Assembly: GCA_019828565.1 (NCBI GenBank)
Contig: JAHDYR010000067.1
Span: 62,001 to 126,000, forward strand
Origin: Carpediemonas membranifera BICM
Taxonomy: Eukaryota; Protista; Fornicata
Reading direction: 5' to 3'
DNA length: 64,000 nucleotides
The stretch's first letter is position 1; each line of letters opens with the position of its first letter. Positions 21,149-32,099 of the stretch are shown in pieces. The notes below the pieces were generated by a model. The model saw only the letters and a list, made by a program, of their open reading frames with translations. It had not been told where the DNA came from and searched no databases. The translations under genes were made by a program, and so were the position numbers.

Positions 21149-23401
21149 ATGCTCAGTGCCCCTGTCTTTGAGGAACAGCAGACAGCACAGAACGCTCCTG
21201 CGCCAGTTCCAACGGCAACAAACAACGCGCAAGCCCCGCAGCAAGCTTTCTCGCAGCCTCCACCTCCAACAGTGGACACCAAGCCCGTGGGAGAGCATCT
21301 CAGGTTAACAAACAGGTGTATTGGTAACAGCTCTTCCATGATGAGCAAGTGGCCTGTCCCCTTTGGCGCAGTGGCCCGTCCTCTCGCCCCCATGGCGAAG
21401 CCCGTGCCGGTGATCAACTTCAACGACATCAGTCCCGTCCGGTGCTCCAACTGCAGGTCCTACGTCAACTGCTACACCCCCTTCGTCGACCACGGCAGCC
21501 GCTGGAAGTGTCTGTTCTGCGGCACGATTAACAAGACGCCCGACAGGTACTACCAGCCCCTCGACTCCAACGGACGCCGCATCGACGCCGAGAACAGGCC
21601 CGAGCTGGCCAACGGTGTGTACGAGCTCGCCGCCCCCGAGCCCTACATGGTCCGCCCGCCCCAGCCACCAGTCTACACGTTCGTGCTCGACGTCTCTGAC
21701 CCGGCAATCAAGACGGGTCTGGTAACTGCAGTCTGCTCGACACTGAAGTTCAACTTGACCCGCATGGCGCAGGATACCCGTATTCTCGTCTCCTTCATCA
21801 CTTTCGACTCGGCTGTGCAGTTTTGGAGATTCCCGCCACATACCGAGACGGCCCACGAGATTGTCGAGCCCGTGACCGCTGGTGCCCCGTTCATTCCTAT
21901 GCCCCTCCAGGGCGACCTCATCGTCAACCTCGCTGAGAACCTCGACAAGATCTGCGGCTTCCTCGACATGCTGCCCCATCGTTTCTCCGAGGCCCGCGCC
22001 GAGCCTTCAGGCGCCTTTGGCCCTGCAATTACGAGTGCCGTGCGTTCCATCATGACGTACGGCGGGCGGGCGCTGTACTTCCTTGCTTCCCTGCCAACCA
22101 TGGGCGTCGGCTCCTTGACTGACCGCGAGTCGGCCGGCAAGCTGAACATTGACGGAAAGGGCCTCTTCTCGCCTTCCAACGACGCGTACAAGGAACTCGC
22201 CACCGAGGCGTCCCAGGCGCACGTCTGCATCGACGGCTTCCACACCGCCTCCACCTACATGGACGTCGCGACCCTCTCTGTCCTGTCTCGCCTCACGAGC
22301 GGGTCTGCCGAGTACTACCCGACGTTCCTCGCCGTCAGAGATGGTAGGAAGCTGTCGAGTGATGTTGGCCGGGTCCTCAGCCGGGAGACGGCGCTCGAAG
22401 CAGTCTTCCGCGTCCGCTGCAGCGCGGGGGCAAAGGTGACGAGGTACCTGGGCCACTTCTTCACACGCCAGACGAACCTGCTCAACATGGCCAACGCCGA
22501 CGCCGATTCGGCCGTCGGCCTCGAGATTGCCGTCGAGGACACTATCATGGCAAGGGCCATTTATGTACAGACAGCGCTCCTTTACACAACAATGAGCGGC
22601 GAGAGACGGGTTCGTGTGTGTACGGTGCCGATGCAGACGACGGCAGAGACGAGCGACCTGTTCCAGACCGCGGACATGGACACGATCCTCTGCCTCGAGG
22701 CGAAGAAGGCAGCAGACAAGCTCGCCGACGGTGCTAAGATCGAGGAGGTCCGCAAGGACATCGACCGCCGGTGCCAGCACACCCTGGCGCTCTACACGTC
22801 GACAGCACCCAACCCGAGCCCCAACCAGACCCTCGTGCTGCCCGAGACGATGCGACTCTACCCCCTCTTCTCCCTGGCGCTGCTCAAGACGTCCATGGTG
22901 CGCATGTCGGCACACGCCAAGGCTGACGAGCGGGCTTTCGTGCTGTCGGTGCTCCTGTCGAAGCCCGTGGGCATGGTCCGGTCGATCATATACCCGTCGT
23001 GCTACTGTGTTGATGCCCAGTCGGATAGACTCAGCCTCGCGAGACTGAGCATCGAGTCAATCAAACCCGATCAAATCTATATTATCGAGGACAACCATGC
23101 GATTTACGTATTCGTGGGCCGCGGCGTGTCGACTGAGGTTGGCATGGAGGCGTTCGAGCAGTTTGACCCGAATGACAACAAGCTGGCCCTCAAGCTACGG
23201 ACCGACACGCATGCCGGAAAACGGATCATGGACGGCCTCACTTTGCTCCGGAACCGGCGTGTCAGCGAGATCCCCTATTTCATTGTCAGACAGGACGGTC
23301 CTCTGCAGCGGCACTTCTCGGAGCTGATGCTTGAGAGCAGCGTCAACGGCCAGAGTTACAATGAGTTCGTTGCTTATCTTCAGAAGAGTATTTCGGCGTA
23401 A
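21149..23401 (+). CDS. SEC24: COPII coat subunit Sec24
   Basis: Zinc finger RCSNCRSYVN...WKCLFC, RPELANG.YE.AP..YMVRPPQPP, FVLDVS, EAVFRVRCS, QTALLYTT.SGERRVRV, and a gelsolin-like C-terminus. Confidence 0.93.
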   Translation: MLSAPVFEEQQTAQNAPAPVPTATNNAQAPQQAFSQPPPPTVDTKPVGEHLRLTNRCIGNSSSMMSKWPVPFGAVARPLAPMAKPVPVINFNDISPVRCSNCRSYVNCYTPFVDHGSRWKCLFCGTINKTPDRYYQPLDSNGRRIDAENRPELANGVYELAAPEPYMVRPPQPPVYTFVLDVSDPAIKTGLVTAVCSTLKFNLTRMAQDTRILVSFITFDSAVQFWRFPPHTETAHEIVEPVTAGAPFIPMPLQGDLIVNLAENLDKICGFLDMLPHRFSEARAEPSGAFGPAITSAVRSIMTYGGRALYFLASLPTMGVGSLTDRESAGKLNIDGKGLFSPSNDAYKELATEASQAHVCIDGFHTASTYMDVATLSVLSRLTSGSAEYYPTFLAVRDGRKLSSDVGRVLSRETALEAVFRVRCSAGAKVTRYLGHFFTRQTNLLNMANADADSAVGLEIAVEDTIMARAIYVQTALLYTTMSGERRVRVCTVPMQTTAETSDLFQTADMDTILCLEAKKAADKLADGAKIEEVRKDIDRRCQHTLALYTSTAPNPSPNQTLVLPETMRLYPLFSLALLKTSMVRMSAHAKADERAFVLSVLLSKPVGMVRSIIYPSCYCVDAQSDRLSLARLSIESIKPDQIYIIEDNHAIYVFVGRGVSTEVGMEAFEQFDPNDNKLALKLRTDTHAGKRIMDGLTLLRNRRVSEIPYFIVRQDGPLQRHFSELMLESSVNGQSYNEFVAYLQKSISA

Positions 23402-24129
23402 GATACCGGAGTAAATGTTTATGCTGCTTTGCTGGTGTGGTTTGCTTCATTAAGACGGTTATACCGCGACCAAGAAGCGTCCCAGCGCCACATCAGTTCA
23501 CTTGAGGTTGAGACTGAGAGCATGGACATCCCCGCTCTCGATGTGCGGTTGGAGGAGGGCCATGACATCCTGGTGTCGTTGGACATGCCGCTTGACGCCA
23601 TCGGGCCACTGGGCATCTTTCATCTCCAACAGGAGCTGCAGACCGGAAGAGCATGCTGTGTTAGCGTCTGATGAGAGAAACATACACGTGTCTGGCGTCA
23701 CATCGAAGATATTGAGGGTCTTTGGAGAGTATGTCGTCTTCAGCTGCTGTCAGAGTGATGATAAAGAACAAACGGTGTTGTATAGGTCTCCGATAAGCTC
23801 ATCCTTTGGTATGGAGAGGAATCGAGCGAATGTTGACAGCATTCTTCACTTTCGGTTCTATGGGCACAGAGTTGATCTTGTCAGGGCGCATGCTGGGTGC
23901 AGGGAGAGCACCGCAACATACCCGTCACTACAATGACTACGACAAGAAATGCCGCGCATCATGGGAATTTCTTGTAATCCACTGAACAGCGATGAAAAAT
24001 CGCCGAATTTTGGGCAAATCATAAAGCGTGTGATGTAGCCTGAGTTGTTCTACCGTATGCCTCGAGATTCAGCCCATATTTCATGATTTGTCAACATCGA
24101 CTGTGGGGTGAGTTCGCAGAACCAAAGCA

Positions 24130-24645
24130 ATGTCTGACGTTGAGCAGTACGAAGCTCCTCCCGCTGAAGTCCACGAGGAAAGCGACAAGGAGGAAGAAGT
24201 GATCGATACCTCCTCCTCTTCCTCCGATTCTGACAAGGAAGAGGCCGTCGAACATCCTGAAGAGCCCGAGAAGGTCGAAGAGCCCGTCGAGGAGCCTGTT
24301 GAAGAGGCTGTAGAGGAGCCTGTGGAGGAGACCATCGAAGAGAAGCAGGAAGATACTATTGAAGAGAAGGAGGAGGAGCTCCAGGACGAGGAGGAGAAGC
24401 CCGAGGAGGAGGTCACAAAGCCTACTCTCAGGAAGACCGCCTCTGCCAGCAAGATCGGCAAGTCCTCTGAGGAGCTCTGGAAGAACGTCTTCGAGTACAG
24501 CAAGACCCACGCACCCATTGTTGCTGAGCACATCAAGTCCCGCATGACGTCGGCGTTTGATACGAACGCATCCTCGATCGTACACGTCACTTTCCTCGTG
24601 CTCGTGGCCATGCTGCTCTACACAGTCTTCTTTGACCGCAAGTAA
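24130..24645 (+). CDS. Acidic (EEPV-repeat) protein with C-terminal transmembrane anchor
   Basis: 171 aa with strong host codon bias, a Glu-rich low-complexity N-half, and a hydrophobic helix ending in FDRK. Confidence 0.65.
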   Translation: MSDVEQYEAPPAEVHEESDKEEEVIDTSSSSSDSDKEEAVEHPEEPEKVEEPVEEPVEEAVEEPVEETIEEKQEDTIEEKEEELQDEEEKPEEEVTKPTLRKTASASKIGKSSEELWKNVFEYSKTHAPIVAEHIKSRMTSAFDTNASSIVHVTFLVLVAMLLYTVFFDRK

Positions 24646-24878
24646 ATGACATAGAGGTAGGTTATGGGTTGTATGCTCGACGGTCGGCTGTATCTTGTCA
24701 ATCTCCAGATAGGAAAGCACAACCTTAGCATACTCGCCAGTCATTGACGCTGATACAAGCCTGCATTGCCAACAACCCACACCGACAACCCAAGAATCTC
24801 AAGCATAGTGTACCCAAGGACTTTACAACGGGAGCTAAAACAGAGAAACAAAGACACAACACCACACGCGCCAGAGCT

Positions 24879-25331
24879 CTAGAAGGACGCGTCGTCAATG
24901 TTTGTGTCGAACTGGTTGTCGAAGGACATGTATCCGCCCAGCCTCCGGGCCCGAGCTCTGATAAAGAGAACGGACTGGACGGGAGCGTTCACAAACACAC
25001 CAGTGGAGAGGAAGATAACAGCGACAGCACAGGGAATCACACAGACCCAGATAATGGCAAGGAGGAGGAAAGAAAGCAAGATTAGCAAGATCGCACCGAT
25101 CGCGAGCACTTTCGAGACATCGCTTTCGAGAACAGACTTTGTAGTGGTTGCTAGATACGCTGCGGCTCCAATATGGCCGGGGAGGTGCTGGAACACCATG
25201 ATGGCGTCGTCGATGAAGGATAGGACGGAAGAGGTTTGACCCTGTGAGACTGCTGCTGGATGCAACAGCCTCCTCCCAGCTAACCAACTGCCCCAATACA
25301 GTGCCGATACCAACATACACTCCACCTCCAC
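24879..25331 (-). CDS. Hypothetical small membrane protein (start uncertain)
   Basis: Long hydrophobic hairpin VLAIGAILLILLSFLLLAIIWVCVIPCAVAVIF. The ORF begins at a non-ATG codon, so the true start is unresolved. Confidence 0.4.
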   Translation of the reverse strand: MEVECMLVSALYWGSWLAGRRLLHPAAVSQGQTSSVLSFIDDAIMVFQHLPGHIGAAAYLATTTKSVLESDVSKVLAIGAILLILLSFLLLAIIWVCVIPCAVAVIFLSTGVFVNAPVQSVLFIRARARRLGGYMSFDNQFDTNIDDASF

Positions 25332-25446
25332 CTTTCCACCTCGACATATCCACTTGTCACAGTGACCATCACCATCGTATGAACGCCGGGCGTGTCCGCT
25401 GCTTTACTGATGCTTATACATACTATGCTGCTACTCTCACACCATC

Positions 25447-26310
25447 CTACATCAATACAATGTCCACCGCGCTCCTGATTACACCACTGATCGCCCGGAT
25501 GACTCCATGAATGACTCGACGCACACTCACCAACAGTGTCGGATAACGGCCGGCCCGCTCACACCTGGGGAATGATGCGCCACCCACCTCTGCCGCGTCG
25601 GCCTCTGTTGCTGTGTTATGCGTGGCGGATGACGTGGTTGTCTCTTCGAGGCTGACTTCGTCGTCACCCTCGGGCACAGTTATCGAGAGCTCGGAGGCGC
25701 TGGCGTACTTCGGTAGCTCGCTCACTGATGCATTAGGAGAGATACATGAAGCCGATGTAAACGTGTAAGTCTCATCTGTGTTGGACAAGTCAGTCTCATC
25801 CACCTCGGTGATGGGCGCGGCGATGTCGAGACGGAACAGTGACCTCTCAGGGAATGAGTGCACCCTCACGGCCTGTACTGCTGCAATGTCGAGGTTGAAC
25901 ACGTCCCCTGACCCGGGTGTGAGTTGGGACACCGCGATCTTGGGAGAAGACAGGCGGGGCGATCCACCACGACTAATAAATGGCTCGCTCGATGATCGTC
26001 GCATACCATGCCGCTGTGGCGTCGAGGATTCGGTGCTGCCGCGCCGAGCTCGAAGGCGACCCGATACGGAAGCTGCCGCGGGAGGCGGAGTGGAGTAGCT
26101 GACGGACTTGGAGCGCTTTCGAGGCGTAGGAGTGGCCACATAGTCATTTCCGTTGAGCTCCTGCGCCTGTTTCGCCGTGAGACCGACTAGAGGTGCGGCC
26201 TGAGCCATCGATAAGCCACTCATCAAGAGGGATTGGAGCCGTTTCCTCAACGCGGCCTCAGCGGCAGGTGTGATGATTTTTCGTCTGTTCTGCGCTGATT
26301 GAGGGAACAT
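25447..26310 (-). CDS. Hypothetical Ser-rich protein with N-terminal helix-turn-helix-like segment
   Basis: Long ORF; LQSLLMSGLSMAQAAPLVGLTAKQAQEL resembles an HTH, followed by a basic/Ser-rich region. First ATG at 26310. Confidence 0.5.
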   Translation of the reverse strand: MFPQSAQNRRKIITPAAEAALRKRLQSLLMSGLSMAQAAPLVGLTAKQAQELNGNDYVATPTPRKRSKSVSYSTPPPAAASVSGRLRARRGSTESSTPQRHGMRRSSSEPFISRGGSPRLSSPKIAVSQLTPGSGDVFNLDIAAVQAVRVHSFPERSLFRLDIAAPITEVDETDLSNTDETYTFTSASCISPNASVSELPKYASASELSITVPEGDDEVSLEETTTSSATHNTATEADAAEVGGASFPRCERAGRYPTLLVSVRRVIHGVIRAISGVIRSAVDIVLM

Positions 26311-26620
26311 TGGGTTCCCGAGGGCCCTGATAGTTGCCACCAATCTTATGCAACTTCAGGGTGCATTCGAAATTGGAGTGGAACAAGGCACACTGCCAAC
26401 AGAGGCCGTGGGTGGGTTCATTAGGGGACACCAACGCCAGTGCTCCGACGTTGTCTCCGGGAACAGTCCTCTTGAGGATGGGGGCGATGACCGAAGGGGC
26501 CAGGGACATTGTATTGTGTCCATAGATGCAGTTTGACCTCGGATATCAGCCGGATGAGGATGCTTGAAGCTGCTTTAAACCTGCGCGCCAGACGAAATCA
26601 GGAGGACGAAACGACGTGCA

Positions 26621-28831
26621 ATGAGAATTCACCTCCAATTGGACCTTGATTTAGAGCCTGATGAACTCAATAGCTATGCTGGTGCCTTTGTTGTCGCGCT
26701 TCAGCGTATCACTGAGGAACTGCAGCAAAAGTCCACTGAGATGAAGGCCAGCAAGACTGAAAGCGAACCATCTGCACCGATTTCTCCTAAGAGATTCACT
26801 GACACCAAGCCTCATGAAGGTTCGCCCCCTCGAGACCTCACGGACCGGGAGTTCATCCATGAGTTCCTCGAGGCCCTTCGTAACGACGAGCACCACGCCC
26901 GCACCATCCCTGCGCTGACGTCTTTCCTCCTCTCGCCTAAAGAGAGCCCCCGACGCCTTGAACGCCTCCAGATGCTGCTGGAGCTTCTGTTCAACAACTT
27001 CCTGCTGAACATCAACATCACGGAGCAGGTGCTGCACCCCCTCTTCCGGGGCCTCTTCCTTCTGCCCGCCACGTTCCAGCAGGTCATCCACAACTTCTTT
27101 GTCACCCGCGTCCATCACCGTCTCGTGAAGACTATCCGTGTGTACCACAAGCAGCCCTCGGAGCTCCTCAGCAACATCGTCCTGCTGTCCAGGGCCTCCT
27201 GCATGCTCGTGTCGTCCGGCTACCTCGCCCCCAAGCTTGTATTCAAGACTGTTGTTGACTTCCTTGACTCTGAACAGTCGTGCATCCCCGCAATCGTCCT
27301 GTTCTCGTTTCTGGACGGCATCTGCTCCGACCGACTCGAGCAGTCCGTCCCCCCGCAAACCCTGGCCGACCTCCGCCGCCGTGTGAACGGGCTTCTGTCG
27401 GACCCGCGGATGTCGGACATCCAAGCGAAGCTAACCATGCTCGCAGGGAGGGTTGGTGCTACTGAGACAGCAGACCCACGGGGCCCCGAGTCCGTCCTGT
27501 CTGATGCCGACACGTGCGACTCCGACGATTCGTTGGATGCGGCCTCGCTGTCGGTGACACCCAGGTTCACTGCGAGGGATGTTATTGAGATACCAGACCT
27601 GGATCCAGTGGACGGCGTAGCATCCGATGATCCACTCGATGTTGTCCAGGAGGCCCGTGTCATGTCAGACTTTACCGAGAGCAGCTTGTCAAATGATGAC
27701 ATCACCGATGACGAATGCACGGACTCTGACGAGAGCGACGCCACGACTGCTGGCACTGCTGACAGGGGTGTGCCCGTCCCCTCTCTGCTCACCAGATACC
27801 AGCGGTACCGCACGGCCGGAAAGAAGGCCACCCCCAAGGAACGCATCCAGGCGAAGAAGTACACCGACGCCTGCTCCCTCCACGGCCACACGACGCTCGC
27901 GCGGTCCATCGCCATCGACGAGTGCGGCTCCGTCGTCTCTGTCGGCCCCGACAAGGTTGTCTCCCACTCTGAGCATGGGCTCCCATGCGACTCGTTCAAG
28001 GTCCAGCTGCCCGCCGTGGAGGGCTCGGGCGACGACCAGATCCGCACCCCGGTCCTGGTGGCGGCGTCGGGTCCCTACCTCGCCGTTGCCGCGGTCGCCC
28101 TGGACATCCATAAGTTCGGATGGGCCACTGTCTCCGTCTACCGTCGCAGCGGGGGCGGCCACTGGACGTACCTGGCCACGACCCGGCTCGACAACGTCCC
28201 CGCCGTGACAGCACTGGCTGGTGTCCGAGGCGGGTTCATCGCAGCCACATGCAGGCGTCAGGGCGTCGATCTTGTGCCCTCGCTTGACCTGGTCGCCGTC
28301 AATACCGAGGGCGGCTGCGTCTTTACTCGCCTGTCTGCGGTTGGCCCCCACGAGATCTCGAACATGGCGGTCGCCCCCGACGGGAAGCACTATTCCTTCG
28401 TGACGACGGACGGAGCTCTTACGGTCGGCTCCATCGACAAGGCCTCCCACATCGCGGTCGACTCGAACGCCACTGCGGGCCACCCTGTGATCAGTATCAC
28501 CATGCCGGCCGAGGACACTGTGGTGTTCGGGACCACGGAGGACGGCGGCATGGTCTGCGTCTACTCGGCCAAGGAGAGGGCCGTTGTACAGCACGCGGCC
28601 ACCCAGCAGACACCGCTGTCAATCGTCTCGGTGGACAGTGATAGGCTGGCGGTATCGACGGACGCGAACCTCGTCATTTATCACACACCATCGAATTCGA
28701 TCACCAACGGCCCTCTACGCGAAGTCTACAGCGGTGGTGTGGTGTGGAATAAGACGACTGGCGTCATCAGCACGATGGTGGGGGAGAAGGCGCGGGTTGC
28801 CCAGTTCAAACCGTGCTGGGACATGGAGTAA
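26621..28831 (+). CDS. Hypothetical protein: helical N-domain, acidic linker, C-terminal WD40-like beta-propeller
   Basis: 736-aa ORF with host codon bias; LHGHTTLARSIAID and repeated beta-strand units in the C-terminal half. Confidence 0.6.
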   Translation: MRIHLQLDLDLEPDELNSYAGAFVVALQRITEELQQKSTEMKASKTESEPSAPISPKRFTDTKPHEGSPPRDLTDREFIHEFLEALRNDEHHARTIPALTSFLLSPKESPRRLERLQMLLELLFNNFLLNINITEQVLHPLFRGLFLLPATFQQVIHNFFVTRVHHRLVKTIRVYHKQPSELLSNIVLLSRASCMLVSSGYLAPKLVFKTVVDFLDSEQSCIPAIVLFSFLDGICSDRLEQSVPPQTLADLRRRVNGLLSDPRMSDIQAKLTMLAGRVGATETADPRGPESVLSDADTCDSDDSLDAASLSVTPRFTARDVIEIPDLDPVDGVASDDPLDVVQEARVMSDFTESSLSNDDITDDECTDSDESDATTAGTADRGVPVPSLLTRYQRYRTAGKKATPKERIQAKKYTDACSLHGHTTLARSIAIDECGSVVSVGPDKVVSHSEHGLPCDSFKVQLPAVEGSGDDQIRTPVLVAASGPYLAVAAVALDIHKFGWATVSVYRRSGGGHWTYLATTRLDNVPAVTALAGVRGGFIAATCRRQGVDLVPSLDLVAVNTEGGCVFTRLSAVGPHEISNMAVAPDGKHYSFVTTDGALTVGSIDKASHIAVDSNATAGHPVISITMPAEDTVVFGTTEDGGMVCVYSAKERAVVQHAATQQTPLSIVSVDSDRLAVSTDANLVIYHTPSNSITNGPLREVYSGGVVWNKTTGVISTMVGEKARVAQFKPCWDME

Positions 28832-29007
28832 TGTCGATGTGCAGTTTAAAGAAGTATCCTTTTCGAAAAGGAGGGACCTACACCCTTCAACATACGCTCA
28901 CTTAAACGGCAACAAAGCTGTTCCAAGGCGGTTGGAGTCCAGTTATAGTACGCACGTTGAGTTCAGTCAGAGTGGCAGAAGGGCGTTGAGCTCCAATTCT
29001 TCTGGAT

Positions 29008-30129
29008 ATGGCTGAAACACGCCAGAAACGCATTTGTAGGTGCAAATTGGATGATGGCAGTGAGTGCGGCAAGCGATTCAGCAAGGATGGCGAGCTTCAC
29101 GTCCACATCGAAGACTTTCACCGCCGAATCCCATGCAAGGCGAATAGGTGCGGCCATGGCTTCGATACCGAGGATCTGATGATCGCTCACATGCGCCAGC
29201 AGCACAAGACCTGCGTCTGCAAAGAATGCGAGTTCGTTCGTCACAATGCTAACACAGCACTACACTGGGACAAACAAGGGCGATGTGGAGAAGCATTACA
29301 TCGCCACCCACAACGATAAGTGCAATAAGGTGACGCGCCCGAAGAAATGGTGCCCTGACTGCAAGAAGGTCTTCGCCAAACTCGACCGCCACATCGCCAC
29401 CGTCCACCCTGAGCGCCTTGAGGAGAACGAGGCGCTCAAGAAGCGCTTTTGGTGTGAAGAGTGCGAGAAAGCATGGGCAAATCTCGCGGTACACAGAATA
29501 CAGCAGCACGGCCCGAAGACCAACTGCCCAGTCGACGGATGCGAGTTGCAAACGGCCGACATGAGCATTTTGAAAAGGCATCTCAAACAGAGGCACAAGC
29601 TGAGCGCCGACGCGGCTGAAGACCTGATGTACCAGCTCCGCCAAGCCCAGGCGGCCAAGACCGGGAAGACCATCGAGCGCCAGTACCGCCGCCACGACCT
29701 GCCGCCCCTCGAGACCCGCGCCGGCTTCATCGAGATCGACGCCGACTCAGAGCTCGACTGCCCCCTCTGGGGCCGCGAGGTCGTCAACAAGAGCACGCAC
29801 AGGCTCGCCAGCTTCGGGGTCGACCTGACCCACCACGCCGGCCCGATAAAGTGGATCAACCACTCGCACACGCCCAACTGCAACCTATTCGTGCTGCCGA
29901 CCAAGGACGGCACCGCCGTTCGGCACCTGACCGCGGCCGAAGAGATCGTGCTATTCGCCGACGGCCCCGGCAAGTGGACCTCGCAGCAGCTGACGTGCCG
30001 CTACGACTTCCCCCACGACGTCCCGCTGCCCCCCTGGTACGACCCCATCACGGCGATGGCCTCGGGCCTGCGCCAAGAAGCCGTATGTCAAAAAGAAGCC
30101 CTTGCCGCGCAGAGGGTGAGTGTAAAGGA
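29008..30129 (+). pseudogene. Internally deleted copy of the C2H2-PHD-SET-like gene at 55475-57144
   Basis: Near-identical to the reverse complement of 55465-57175, but lacks 390 bp (PHD plus N-terminal SET half) and 161 bp (frameshifting), and has indels around the intron. Confidence 0.75.
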
Positions 30130-30152
30130 CTATTTTATGACGAGCGCTCTGA

Positions 30153-32099
30153 TCAGTATCTGCTACCCCTGCCATATCCATGCCCGAAGTTGTCACGGCC
30201 GTATGGACGATCTCTACGGTCATCATAACCGCGACCGAATCTTGGGCCCCGGATATCAGTGAGCGTCTTTCCGGACAGACGGTCGCTGAGGAACCGCGTC
30301 TTCACCTTCCCATCTGCTTCCAGTTTCCTGACTTTTTCGATGTGTTCAAGCAGGTAGGCACGATCGGCCTCTGTCAGATGCACATAAGGACATGCATCAC
30401 GGTGACACCTTATACCACGTTCCCGGAGTTGCGTTGGAGCCAGATGGTTGCGGCAGATTTCCTGGCTCGCCAGGAAGTGGACGACGCCCATGCCACTCCG
30501 ATCCCAGGTGTGCTCGACGATTTCAGGCGATGTATCGCGTCCTCTGTCAGGCACACGGTCATTGTAAGGGTCCCGTCTGTCCCTGGGGACATCCCTTGGG
30601 GTGTATGACCTGGGAGGGCTGGGCTGGATCGGCTTGACCTCCTCCTTCGTGACAATAAACTCTGCTGTGTCGGCCGGGTGCGTGGGGGCCGGTATCGTTG
30701 TGAGAGGAGCCCAGTGGCGGCCAGTTCTTATGGCGTTAACCTCAGCTAGGTAGTCGCCCCAGCCCCTCTCCATCCGCAGTGACGGGTCGAGTAGGACTCG
30801 GGATCGTAACTCCGCGGGAGGTTCGATGTCGTTGTCGTCGGCGTTGCCTTGGCCTGCCCTCGCCTTTGCCGCAAGGATGACGGACTCATGCGCATCGATA
30901 TTAGTCATGGTCTGCTCGATGCTGGTCAGATTTCCTGACTTGATCCAATAGTGATTAAGTGCCTCATCAACAGTGCACCGTTTCAGAGGATCGAGCTCAA
31001 GCATCCAGGACACGAGGTCAAGGCATGGGGCGCTGAACACCACCCGGCGACCTGTGCGAGGTTGGGCAGAGGGCTGTCTGAATAGACTGTGGCTCCTCAA
31101 CTGGTCGCCGATTTGACTCTGTACATGCTCTGTCGTACGTCGACCCTGCCTGAGGTCAACCATGGGAGGAGGTATGGCTTCATACCGGGCAGTGGGATAG
31201 GGAAGCAGGGCTGCCTCCGTGTATCGGGGCAGTTTAGTGCCAGCGGTCCAGCTCCTGACTAGGGGTGACCCAACCCTCTCATAAATGGCATGGATGGTAT
31301 CACCCTCCGTCTTGCCGGCAAATGCGGGTCGACCAATGATGAACTCGAGGAGGATGGCCCCAATAGCCCACATATCGGCGGGTTCTCCGTAGTGGCCGCG
31401 GTCAGGCCTGCTCAGGATGATCTCTGGGGGACGATACCAGAGGGTACAGACGTTCGTGCTCATCGCGCGCGTGGTGGTGTGACAGGCAAGGCCGAAGTCG
31501 GCAAGCTTGATGCTTCCCGACTTCGTGAGGAGAATATTGGCCGGCTTGATGTCCCGGTGCAGGATTCCTGACTCGTGCACATCCCGGACGGCGAGAAGGG
31601 TGTTCTTGATAATATAGCGCACGGTCTCCTCCATGCTTGCATCGCCGTTGGGGTGGAACGCGTTGTGACGGAGGAGGCCAGACAAGTCATGGTTCACAAA
31701 GGGAAAAACCATGTAGGTGCAGACGTCGTCGCCATCAGCGTAGTGCTCGGTGTCACACTCAACGCATACCTCGGTCAAGGCTACCACTCTTGAGCTCTGA
31801 AGGAACTTGAGACAGTTGATCTCCCGGATCGTGGCAACAGAAAGACCGCGCTCGCCGCTGTCGAAATGACGCTTGATGGCGACTTGGAAGCCAGTGGTGC
31901 GCTCTATACCATAAAATACTTGTCCGTATGTCCCCTTGCCCAACTGGTGCGTCGTGCGGCCTCCGCTTGCGCTTCCATTGAGATCATGAAAGAAATAGTT
32001 GGATTCAAGAAAGCGGGCACGCCTCGCTCTACGTGGAACGTTTTCCTTTGGTCCTACACACTTCGGTTTGAACTGGTGAGCCCGGAACGGCGTAGCCAT
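30153..32099 (-). CDS. CMGC kinase, CDK9/CDK12-like, with C-terminal CCCH-type finger and Arg/Asp-rich tail
   Basis: LGKGTYGQV, VAIK, GLSVATIREI (PITAIRE-like), HDLSGLL, HRDIKPANILL, LADFGLA, VCTLWYRPPE; C-terminal CRNH...CHRDACPYVH. Confidence 0.85.
   Translation of the reverse strand: MATPFRAHQFKPKCVGPKENVPRRARRARFLESNYFFHDLNGSASGGRTTHQLGKGTYGQVFYGIERTTGFQVAIKRHFDSGERGLSVATIREINCLKFLQSSRVVALTEVCVECDTEHYADGDDVCTYMVFPFVNHDLSGLLRHNAFHPNGDASMEETVRYIIKNTLLAVRDVHESGILHRDIKPANILLTKSGSIKLADFGLACHTTTRAMSTNVCTLWYRPPEIILSRPDRGHYGEPADMWAIGAILLEFIIGRPAFAGKTEGDTIHAIYERVGSPLVRSWTAGTKLPRYTEAALLPYPTARYEAIPPPMVDLRQGRRTTEHVQSQIGDQLRSHSLFRQPSAQPRTGRRVVFSAPCLDLVSWMLELDPLKRCTVDEALNHYWIKSGNLTSIEQTMTNIDAHESVILAAKARAGQGNADDNDIEPPAELRSRVLLDPSLRMERGWGDYLAEVNAIRTGRHWAPLTTIPAPTHPADTAEFIVTKEEVKPIQPSPPRSYTPRDVPRDRRDPYNDRVPDRGRDTSPEIVEHTWDRSGMGVVHFLASQEICRNHLAPTQLRERGIRCHRDACPYVHLTEADRAYLLEHIEKVRKLEADGKVKTRFLSDRLSGKTLTDIRGPRFGRGYDDRRDRPYGRDNFGHGYGRGSRY

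Noticed and set aside
23419-23936. Overlapping short ORFs after SEC24
   Set aside because: Non-ATG starts, no codon bias and no recognisable domain; possibly a decayed gene, but not supportable.
26570-26586. CTGCTTTAAAC(C)TGCGC shared with ~57344-57359
   Set aside because: Only two gapped occurrences, in inconsistent positions relative to genes, so it cannot be distinguished from chance.
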